Both the position numbers and the translations under genes were made by a program. The notes beneath the pieces were generated by a model that saw only the letters and a list, made by a program, of their open reading frames with translations, did not search any database and was not told the DNA's origin. Shown in pieces: positions 53,370 to 64,000 of a stretch of DNA of 64,000 bases. How positions within the stretch are numbered: the stretch's first letter is position 1; each line of letters opens with the position of its first letter. Source of the DNA: Marsupella aquatica (taxonomy: Eukaryota > Plantae > Marchantiophyta); the NCBI GenBank assembly GCA_973895155.1, contig OZ316892.1:22917168-22981167 (forward strand), in the 5' to 3' direction.

Positions 53370-56300
53370 ATGCCGCCTGCCACTTTGTTTCAAGTAGACA
53401 AAGAAGGTGGGGAAAGGAAACCTATATCGTCATATAGTTACAAAGCAGGGGAATCGTATGTTGATGCCCGACTGAAGTTGGAGGCACTACTCGATTTTGA
53501 CTTCCACTTTATTGATGTCAATCTCGCCACTCGGATGCCGGAGAAATGGGAGATCTGCAATCTTTTGGAGGATTGTGGGGGAAAGATTGTTATCATTCCC
53601 AAAAATGCCTTGGAGCCTCCAACCCCATTGGTGCACGTAGACCCTGGAGGCGCAGGGCAAGCCCTCGGGAGTAGCAATGCTTCCAATGGCCTTTCATTGC
53701 CAGAGAGTGATGATGCCGATTTTCCCATGAATGAGGAGCCTCCAGTGGAAGCTGATCCACACTCTGGTTGCCCCTTGCCAGAGCCTGAACAACAAGTCAC
53801 ATTCATGTCCACTCTTATGAGCAATACTTCAAAGGCAGTATGGGAAGCATCTACGGATAAGTTGAAGACTCACATGGAATCCATTAAATGTGCTGACCAC
53901 AAGTGGAAAGTGAGAACTTGGGACAAAGACAACATGCCCTGGGGGCATATCGAGTGTTGTGAGTGTGACAAGCGGGTGGAAGGGCTAGCAAAAGGTACAT
54001 TGATGGATAAATCATCCATCAATAATGCATTTACCAACTTCAAAAATTCGCATTTGCGATCATCAAAGCATGCAGCTCGGGTGGCTAGGAACAGGGGTGA
54101 GAAAGTTGGGCATGTGGAGATTGCAAGGAGGGCGCAGTCAAATACTTTGACTGATAGAGCCATACTTGACGAGCATTTGAAGATTGTAGCAAAGGTCAAC
54201 GAGTTGCAGACAGTTGGTCGCAAGACGTTTATAGTCGAGGGGGATGTCCATAAGGAACCAGTGGAGTTCCAAACTTTGAAACTGTTCTGCAATTTTTGTC
54301 TTCACCATTTGACTTTGGTACCCAAACAACGAAACTTGGAGGCTAATCTGACAAGCCATTGTACTGGCTTGATCCATCTTGATTATGTGGCCAAAAGTCA
54401 GAGGCCTACAAGAAACGAGCCAGTTTTGTCAGGGCGCCCTGGCAGACCCCGTACTGTGGACGGGAGGGATAAGAAACAGAGAAAAATTCAGGGGTTCTTG
54501 ACTCGCACCTCGACTGCAGGTGCATCAAGCAGCTCGTCAAGGATGTCAGCACGAGATGATGATAGAGGTACTTTCGATAATTTGTCATTGTTGTGTTGGG
54601 GTCTGTGGCGGGATGAGATAGAAGTAGGGTCAGAACTTAGGCCTATCAAAAGTCACCTACACGACCAGGTGAAAGTGGGTGGTGCGTGGTATGCAGAGCC
54701 CCTAGTAATGGCAGAGGTGTTCTGTATGTATAGTGAAGAAGCTTGTGAGATCAAGGGCCTTTTCAGGCATAAAGAATGTAGTCGAATGTCACAGTTGGGG
54801 GGCGGGTTTGATGATTTGACGTGTTCCAAGTGTTATTCCATTAAGAACATGAAGGACTTTAGACTTCGGGTAGCAAGAGAGGTCAAGGCCTATGAGAAAA
54901 GAGGAGAGAGAGGGACTGGCAAGGGCAGGCGGCTAGGTTGCCTCACAATTCCTGAGGTCCAAAACCAAGCTAAAGTATACAGAAACCGAATTTTGAGAGA
55001 GAGGAAGTTGCAGAAATATCTAAGTCACAAACTGTTGATGCTGAAGTCTCGGATCCCTAGTATAAAGGAAGTTTGTCTTGACTATCAAGGCCCCAATAAG
55101 GAATCTATCCTTAAGTTTTGTCAGTCCATAGTCCTTGCGCACAGGAAGGGTGCATTTGGTGGGAGAGGTGCATTGTGGGATATGTTATCTGATATAGCTT
55201 CAAACTTGAATACGACAAAGGAGGGATATAGGTTCAAGGCTGGAACAAAGCTCCTCTGCCAAACACTCTTCTTGCATGGTGGTCGACGTGTTGTTGACTG
55301 CCTTGCAAGTAATGGGATAGGGCCAAGCATAAACACCCTTCAACGGGACAGAAGAGGGATGGCAGTATTCCGAGCAGGAATCCATGCTGAACAATTTATG
55401 TTTGTCTCTCAAGTGTACTCCAAACTGAAAGTGAGACTCAACATCAAAGGGCCAGTTCCCTGTTATTTGGCAGAAGATGAGACCACTGTCAAAAAAACAG
55501 TAAGGTACTTTCTTCAGGCCCTCATGCATGATGTTGTACTTCAGGCCCTCACGCATGATGTTAGTCATGTCATGGTGTTGGATCCTAGTTTCACCTTTAT
55601 CTCTGTTTCAACTATTATGTAGGCTCCATCTGGAAACCAAGAACTCAGTTTTGGTTTCTTGCAGGTGGCTGCCAAAACATGACACCATGATTGGGTTTTG
55701 CGGCACCCAAACAGAGCATGTATGCCTTGTTGGGTGGGAGATAGAAGTGGGCGAAGGAGAACTTGGCTTCCACATCATCGTTGATGCTTTTGACAACAAT
55801 GTGGTAGGGCAGATGGCTCGTTGTATAGTAGTCAATTCCCTTGCAGAGGGATTCCCACGGTTGCTTATACTAGCTACAGGTACATGTAATAGATTTAAAG
55901 CTCCTTGGGTTAGAGAGCAGTGGGATATCCTGGAGTCATTGTGGAACACTCATTGTCTGGAGAGTGTGGGGCCTTTACTCGGCCATGCAAGTGACGGTGA
56001 TGCACGCAGGAGGAAGTTAATGTTGGAGGACTATACTGGTTGTCGGAAGGCAGGGCCAAGATTTAGCCTTGGGTGGGAAGGCTGGAAATTGAGCCACTCT
56101 ATGACAGGTGATGGGCCATTGACCCACGCTGTTGGGCTACATGACCAAGACTATATCCACAATGGGAAGAAGTTAGTGAACCCATTGGATTCTTCAGCTC
56201 GGATATTGAAACTGGGGACTCAAGTGGCCAACCTGAGTCATCTGAGACTCCTGTTAGGTTTATATGACCATGACCTTCATGGGCTGAACCATGATGATGT

Positions 56301-58119
56301 AACACGAAATGATAGGCAAAATTGGGCTAGTGCACAAAGGATTTGTAGTCGTAAGGCGGGTTCTACGCTGAGGATGTTGCGTCTGCGGAAGGATGCAAGG
56401 GTGGAGCTCGCACTTGGAACTGAGGTGTTTGTTCGTATATGTGGAGATTATCTGGATATATTCATGAACCCTCGGCTCACTCTACGGGAGAGGGTTGTAC
56501 TTTGTGGGAAGGTGGGTTTCTTCTTCAGACTGTGGCGCCTATGGTGCTTCCATGGGAACCATACTGTAGGGGGGAATACACAACCAATTACTTTCATGCG
56601 GAACTGTATCCCTATGCAAACCTTTCTTGATGTTCAAATGTCAGTCCATTTTATAGTTCTGTTGATAATCCAATTCCGAGACCACTTCAAGCATCTTCCA
56701 GTGCCTCTAGAGTTGACTGGCTCAGATGCGTGTGAGCAATTCTTCTCAAAAGTAGGGGGCATGAACGGTCGTGAGCGAAGCTATGACTTGTCAGAATTAG
56801 TGGAGTGTGCCACTAATCTTAACAGATTGGCTGCAATGGATGTATCAGAGGGATTGATGGGTGCTGGAAAGAGCCACAAAAAGCATTCGAACATTTGGAT
56901 GGATCTTCAATTAGATTCAGAGGCAGTTCATGTCTGTCCAGATCAGACAGATTATACAGGGATAGAGACAAATGCAGCAATCGTGGTTGCATTGCAGGAG
57001 GGATTAAGTTTGGCACAATGTGCTGCAACTGAGCTGGAAATGAATCCTTCAACATCTTGCAAGGATAAGCTATGGTGGAACTCACCGTGGAAAGTTGAGT
57101 CAAAAGGGGTGAAGTCTGGTGGATGGTGTGACATCAATGTGGATACACTTGTAGATGTACGAGATACTTTGGACATTCGAGATGTGCGACCTGCTTTGAA
57201 TGGTGAAGCCCAACCTCAAACTGTCACTGAGATTGATACAATGATTTTGGAAGCTTCACCTATTGTTACCACCCTGGGGATTGTAGCTGGCGCTGAGACT
57301 AAGACTGAGAGTTCCTTCCCTGGGATGTCTGTCCGTTACGTAGACGCTCATGTAGAGGAAGCTGCCTCCGAATTGTCTGCAACAATGAATATCATGCATT
57401 CAGACTTGTTGTATGGTGCACCAATTAAGCAAGTGAAGCCAACTGTGTGTTTTCAAGAGCGACAGATCTACAAAAGTACATTGGTTAGCCAGCTGATTGG
57501 AAACCCCCACTTGAGTAAGGACCGATTGACTCGTGTGAAACAGAGTGTGTACTTCAATAATTTAGTGGACAAACCCAACTATAGAGAGGGTGTACCAACT
57601 ATGTTCATGACAGTGGGCACTGTCTGTGGTGTTTTCTTCCTTGATGAAACACAACATGAGGTCAGGGCAACTCGAAACTCAGAGGCCGTAGCAAAAGCAT
57701 CCAAAGGGAAAGCAGGTGGAAGGAAATCAAAATAAAATGTGACCAATCCAAAGAAGCCAAGAGGAGATCCGGTAGCAGTGTGTTCTGCATCTGGGCCAAA
57801 GTATGTTTGGTGGATTGGCAGGGTGCAAAGCATCCACCGAAAGTATGGTAACAGTGTTTGCAGATCTAGAGAACCTTTGGATCTACTTGATAGACCTGGT
57901 TCCGAAGCTGCATGTCAAGTAGTGTTCAATTGGTTTACACCGGTTGGTTCTAGTAGGAACAAATTTGCTTATAATATGTGTGATCCACAGACCATTGACT
58001 TGGACTGTGTCATATCAACTGTGAGTTTTACAGTGGATCCTCTCTATCCAACTATTTTTAAGTTGCCTCCAGATGATGTGACTGCCCTCGACAATTTTGT
58101 AAAGAACAACATAGAATGA
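53370..58119 (+). CDS. P-element/THAP9-like DDE transposase; 2 exons (53370-55504, 55665-57735) and an in-frame C-terminal extension to 58119 after one TAA
   Basis: GPSINTLQR (HTH), LAEDETTVKKTVR|WLPKHDTMIGFCG (first D), GHASDGDARRR (second D), QDYIHNGKKLVN (D-x2-H), DRQNWASAQRI and TGSDACEQFFSKVG (catalytic E). The phase-2 GT-AG intron at 55505-55664 joins the two long ORFs in frame. Confidence 0.8.
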
Positions 58120-59215
58120 TGACCTGTATTTGGGGCAGGTACACTCCATGCCTGATGTTTATCATTCATCAGTTACACACCGGGGTAACACATTCTCCAG
58201 AGGAGCGAAGGTAGCAAGTTAAGATTTGAAAACATCCTAAGCGTATTCTGATATGTTATCTGTAAACCTTGTAGATCTGGTTGTATTCAATATAATACTC
58301 ATTCATGGTGTTGGTCCATTTGTGGATCAGGTGTATTGGAGACTTCGAGATGACTAAGGTGGGGACAACAGTGATGAAGAAACGCTCTAGACTGAGCAGG
58401 AGGAGAAGCAGACCCGGTACTGGAGGTCTGACAACTGCAGCAGCTGTTGTGGTTTATTCCAGAGTTCCAAAGTCAAGGAAGGCACAGGGGAAAGGCAGCC
58501 CTGATTACAGCAAAGAAGAGTGGAGCAACAAGGAGATAGCTAAAGAGAGTTCTGGAGGTTGTGGTTTAGGAATCATAGATGTTGTGATTCCTGAAGTAGA
58601 GGCAAGTGTGGAGGGGCTATGGAGTGTGATCTCTGTTCGAAAATCATATGATTTGCCTGCAATTGTCCCTTCCCATTTTTACAATCATATTTTTTGGCAA
58701 GCAGAATGGCCTGTACACATAAGTGACTATTCACTTATGAAGCAGACCAGCATTGGAAGGCATGACAGTGGGCAGGAGTCTTAGGTTTGTATTGTCTTAG
58801 GTTAGCTGCGGGGTTAGCTGATTCAATAGCTGATTCAATATCAATCTTTAGATTTATAAAGACTTACCATTTTCATCTCCTTTATAGAGCGGTTATATAC
58901 ATACATGACCAGTGGTAACTTGGTCTTCAAAAAAACTCTCCAGTTACATACTCGATTACATATATAAAGATTGCAGCATACCCGACAGCGTTAAGCATTA
59001 TCGCTCAATACAAATTGTAATATATGAAGAATAATTATTATTGCTCAAAATTCACTTTTGTAATACACTGAAGATATTTTAATAAGAGTAAATGTTTGGT
59101 TTTTTATAAAAAACAAGGATAATCTCTATAGGAGAAAAATTAATAAGAAGGGGTACGTGTGTAGGGGAGGCTCACAGGTATGATTGTATAATATACAAGG
59201 AGTGAGGACCCAGGG

Positions 59216-62200
59216 ATGTCACTGATCCGTTTGCTCCTGATCAGACTATTGAAGCTAATCTTACCGAATTAGCTGGAGTAACCAATAGTGATTGGTTCCT
59301 TGATTCAGGTGCTAGTATTCATCTCATTGGAGAGAAAGCTACGCTCTCCAATTTTGTACCGGTTACCACTGTCTAGCTCTTGTGTTACCACTATTGGAGG
59401 ATCAACATTGGATATCAAGGGCAAGGGAACCATCTCTTTTGACAAGAATAAAGTTTTGAAACATGTTTTGTATGTGCCATGTTAGTAAGAAGAATTTACT
59501 ATCTTTACGTAGGCAAGATTGCAGATCTTGGTCATACTAGCTATCATTTTTGATTCCAAGAATGCTTTTGTTGTGGACAAGAACCAACATATCTTCTTGC
59601 ATGGTTCTCATGACCACAGGAATAATCTTTATAGACTAGGGCCTACTCTACCGACCCCCCCGTGATTCTGATTCTCTGACCAATTGTTTATTACCTTCTG
59701 GTTTACGTCCTAATTGTAATACAACAGTCCTGACAATAGTGCCTGGCCCACTCAAATATTTTGTCTACAGCTGATTTATGGCATTTAAACATATTGGCCA
59801 TGTGAATTTTCAAAAACTTCACTTCATGATTTCTCAACATCTGGTCAATGGGGTACCTTTCTACCTCACATCAAACATTTCTGCACCAATTGTACTCATG
59901 CCAAGTAGACTCGTGAGCGCATTTCCAAGCACTCACGTACAAAGACCAGTTGACCTTTCAAACTTATTCACTCAGATTTTTGCGGTCCTTTTTCAGTTCA
60001 ATCTCTTACTAGGGCCAGATATTTATTTATTAAAGGGAAATTTGTGAAACCCCATAGAAAGGGAAACATAATACACATTAGCCACACTAGTTGAACCCAA
60101 GACCTGTCAGTCTATACTCAAGTGGGGTACCACAAAGTCTACTATATTCCATGCAAATCTGAAGTTGTTTGTTGTTTTCAAGATTTCAAGACAATGGTTG
60201 AAAACCAATCCAGCTGAAAATTGGTTGTATTCGATCTGATCGTGGTGGTGAGTACATCTCAGACAAATTTTATCATTTTTGCACCTCACATGGGATTCTC
60301 CAACACTTCACTGCAGCATACACTCCACATCAAAATGGTGTGGTTGAACGCAAGAACCGGACTCTTCTTAAAGCCGCTCGATCAAAGTCTTTGTTTTGGT
60401 ACTCAGCTTCCACGGTTTCTTTGGCACGAACTCATCAGGACCAGCAACTACATTCTGAATCATTGTTCCACTGCAGCTCTTCACAAAATGACTCCTTATG
60501 AGAAGCTTTTCGGTAAGAAACCTGATTTGTCTAATCTTTGTATCATCGACTGTGTTGCTTACCTTCACATTCCCACCCAACTACGATCCAAGTTGGATAA
60601 CAAATCCTTGTAATCAATCTTAGAGGGTTATGATGAGCAAACAAAAGGGTACTCATGCTATTCTCCAGTGCAACACAAGATCCTAATTACTTGGGATGTT
60701 CATTTTGACGAAATGCATTTTCGTTCCCCCTCTATCTATGCTCCCACTACTAAATTTTTGGATATTTCTGACTACAGTCCTCTGACTACACCGGCCTTCT
60801 ACACCATGAATCCCTTCCTCAGTTCGTCCGTCCCTCTCTCCACCGACTTCTCCTAGCAGCTTGGCGCCTTCAACATTTGCTCCAGCAATGCCACCGGCTC
60901 CACCTCCTCGATGACACTCCACCCATGAATGCATACCCAACGTGCCTCTTCAAGACTATGTTCTTAAACTGTCTGCAAAAGATTTGAATGCATGTGCCAT
61001 TGAAACCAATGATCCCATCAGTGACAACATCACTCTGGCTCAAGCTCTTCTTCACCCAAGATGGAATGCTTCTATGCATGAAGAATTGACAGAAATCCAT
61101 AAGCGCAACACCTGGACTCTTGTTGGTCTTCCACCAGATAAATGCCATTCCTTGCAAATGGGTATACAAACGCAAACCAATCAATGCCACTCATGCCCGT
61201 TTAAAAGCTCGACTTGTAGCCCGTGGAGACTATCAGAAACATGTCATCGACTTCTTTGATACTTTTGCACCAGTTGTGAAGTGGTCTACTCTACGACTCT
61301 ATCACTACCCTTGCTACATCACAAGGATGGACTACTTTTCATATGGATGTTGATAGTGCATTCCTGAATAGCAAACTTACTGAACTGATTTTTATGAAGC
61401 AACCGGGCTTTGCTGTTCCTAGATCTGAGCATTTAGTCTGTAGAGACAATAATTCTTTATATAGATTGAAACAATCCTTCCGGACCCGGTATGCTTCGTT
61501 ACATGCCATGCTTTGTGCATTAGGCTGGCAACGTAGTTCCTTTGACAATAATCTCTATTTCTTTTGCGATGCTTCCTCCCTTATGCTATTATTTACTCAC
61601 GTTGATGATTTCTTTGTTACTGGAAACAACCCTTCCACCATCGAAGCACTCAAGGCTTCCCTTCATACCAAGATCAGTCTCAAAGATTTAGGTCGCATAC
61701 GAAAATATCTTGGTATTGATTTTGATACTACCACTCACAAGATTACTATGCATCAAAAAGGATACTGTTCAGAGATGCTACACGAATTTCAGATGACAGA
61801 TTGCCTATCTGCATACACACCGCTTCTTGCTGGCACGAATCTTTATGCTGAATCCAATGCTCCCCTAGCCAATCCTGAGCTTTATTGTCGCATGGTTGAC
61901 AAGTTGATCTATCTCGACAACACTCGCCCCGACATTTCTTTGGCAGTCAGCATGGTTAGTCGCTTCATGCAACCCCCTCGGGCTGACCACCTTCAAGCTA
62001 CACGACATATTTTTTGTTATATCAAACACACTCTTGATTACGGCATGCTTCATCCCCGTGGAATCAGTCTTAATTTAATTGGTTTTACTGATGCTGACTG
62101 GGCAGCTTGCCCATCTACTTGCCAATCTGTTGGTGGCTACATTTTTTAGATTCGAGGTAGTCCAGTTGCCTGGAACAACATGCGGGCTACCACTTCCCGA

Positions 62201-62640
62201 TCTTCCACTGAAGTCTGAATGTATGTCATTATCTAATGGTGCTCAGGAAGCTGTATATCTCAATGCATGAACTACAACTCATTCCGGATGGTCAAATCCC
62301 TCTTTACAAGGATTCTATCTTCCCAATTCCTCCCTTCAGATTTTCTGTGACAATCAAGGTGCTATTAAATTAGCCAAGAATCCTGTTTTTCGGGCCCGCA
62401 CTAAACACATTGAGATCCATCATCACTTCATTCACGAGTAAGTTTTGGAGGGGGAGATTCAACTACAGTATGTATCCACTGAAGAGCACTGAAGAGCAGC
62501 CATCCATCATCACTTCATTCACGAGTAAGTTTTGGAGGGGGAGATTCAACTACAGTATGTATCCACTGAAGAGCAGCCTGCCGACATACTGACCAAAGCT
62601 CTCTCATGACCCAAATTTGAGAGACATCAGGCAGACATTG
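59216..62640 (+). pseudogene. Copia pol (protease-integrase-RT-RNase H), degenerate
   Basis: [100 protein letters not shown]. Confidence 0.92.
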
Positions 62641-62735
62641 GCATAGTTGACTTATCCTGACTTATCCTGCAATCGGCAGAATCCTTCAGTTGGTTTACAA
62701 TTTTGATTAGGGAACTAGGGGGAACTAGGGGGGAG

Positions 62736-63012
62736 TGTCAAAATTAGTTATGTTCCTTAATCAAGATGATCAACCGCCATTAGATGTACATGAATGAAAT
62801 CCGGATATTGCACGAGCATATGTAAACTTTGTAGTATGTAAATGAGGCTGATCAGCCAACATGATATTTAGGGATCTCTTCTGATCCATTCATTCTTTCC
62901 AGGTCTCCCTTCCTCGGACCTTCCCAGGGAGCTCTCCTGTGACTATTTATTTTGGAGACCACCGTCCACTATTGTATTGGATTTTTATCGTTAGTAAAAT
63001 GGAATTTCTTCA
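62736..63012 (+). repeat. 3' LTR of the Copia element
   Basis: Preceded by the polypurine tract AGGGGGGAG and followed by the TSD AATGG. Confidence 0.93.
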
Positions 63013-63812
63013 AATGGCAGGGTGAGAACAGAGCCTTCAAAATCACATGTACTCAACGAAGCAGCAAACTTCAGCACAACACAAGAATATGGGATATTAC
63101 TTAAAAATATTAATGAGAAATCATAAGATCAACATCCTGCTGTAGAATTACTCACACTTACTTCACCTCTCATTCAGGACTTTGTATCATGAACTTCATG
63201 TTTTAGGTAGCAGAGAGTCTTTCAATCGTATGACAAAATGTGACAAAATGTGACAAAAAAACATATCTTCCAAGAGAACCTTGCTGAGAAATCCACCATG
63301 AACAGATCCATCCCGACACCAGAAACAGAACGGCGGAACGGTGGCAATATTCAATCCCACAAGACAGTCGAGCGTTGAAACGTTAAGAATGTTTTTGGAA
63401 ATTCCCTGATGTTCGTTGAACAGATATGCTACAGCAACCTCTACAAAATCTAGAGGCATCTCTCAGAACAGGAGAAATTACTAATCATTGAATGCTAGAG
63501 AGGGTGGTCAGTAGTTGGCGACAATACCACAACTAACCTGCCTAACAGCCTCCATCCAGATCAAAGCCAATTCGATCGATACAGCAGGCCAATTCGATCG
63601 ATACAGCCACGGATTGCCATCCAAGTATCACCATCCTCACTCACAAAAGTAACTCCTCATGCGCTAAATGTGAATTCGTCCATATAGAGTACATACACAG
63701 ACCTATAGAAAAGTCAGTCGAGCTCTCTCATTCTCTTCCTTTTGCTTGGGCTCTGCACAAAAATCTACACATTGCATTGCCGGATATTTCATTGCTCCTG
63801 TAGTGCATCTAT

Positions 63813-64000
63813 TCACCGTCTCTTGACGGGATCGAAAGTAGAAACTCCTGCGATGGCTACGCCGATAGCGGAGAGGACGACTCCTCCAGCCACTACGCTC
63901 AAGAGCAAGTTCTTCAGAGACGGAGAAACTCCGGGGGAAGCGGCTTCAGCGATTTCGGGGACAACGGCGGCGGCAAGCAAGGCGATGCTGGTGAGGCCGG
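63813..64000 (-). CDS. PsbX: Photosystem II subunit X precursor, 3' part (absent from the ORF track)
   Basis: The minus strand reads ...[55 protein letters not shown], which has the lumenal AxA cleavage site and the PsbX SPSLKN..S...GG...FDPVKR signature. Confidence 0.92.
   Translation of the reverse strand, partial: GLTSIALLAAAVVPEIAEAASPGVSPSLKNLLLSVVAGGVVLSAIGVAIAGVSTFDPVKRR

Larger units (their letters stand above)
48383..59215 (+). mobile_element. 10.8-kb TIR DNA transposon, P-element superfamily-like, nested in the Copia element
   Basis: Left TIR CCCTGGGCCCCCACTCCTT (48383-48401) and right TIR AAGGAGTGAGGACCCAGGG (59197-59215) match at 17/19. The 8-bp TSD ATGTCACT is at 48375-48382 and 59216-59223. 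Removing the element restores the Copia reading frame. Confidence 0.92.
46879..63012 (+). mobile_element. Ty1/Copia LTR retrotransposon, degenerate, interrupted by a nested DNA transposon
   Basis: TG...CA LTRs at 46879-47158 and 62736-63012; TSD AATGG at 46874-46878 and 63013-63017; PBS TGGTATCACAGCC at 47159; PPT before 62736. Gag with a CHLCGDPSHYACEC knuckle, then protease WFLDSGAS, integrase, RT and RNase H in Copia order, with stops and frameshifts. Confidence 0.95.

Noticed and set aside
62415-62580. ~90-bp duplication in the Copia RNase H region
   Set aside because: An ordinary local tandem duplication in a dead element.

Overview
Eukaryotic, intron-rich land-plant nuclear DNA, most likely a liverwort (inferred from a hydrolase-NBS-LRR gene). 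Host genes from left to right: an orphan first exon of L-2-hydroxyglutarate dehydrogenase, TOP3B, a pectin methylesterase (-), a C1orf131/DUF4602-like protein, an FHA-domain protein (-), SR45a, a hydrolase-NB-ARC-LRR gene with a nearby inverted copy of its own 5' end, and PsbX (-, partial). The window opens with two intronless ORFs, a degenerate beta-class N4/N6 DNA methyltransferase-like protein and an FCP1/NIF HAD-phosphatase-like protein, which look like mobile-element cargo. The main finding is on the right. An old Ty1/Copia element (46879-63012; LTRs, PBS, PPT, AATGG TSD) is split by a 10,833-bp DNA transposon (48383-59215) with 19-bp TIRs starting CCCTGGG and a perfect 8-bp TSD (ATGTCACT). 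It encodes a spliced ~1400-1530 aa transposase with P-element/THAP9-type catalytic motifs but C2H2-like fingers instead of THAP, plus a second spliced Cys-rich gene of unknown function. All calls are from manual reading; no searches were run and exon boundaries are approximate.
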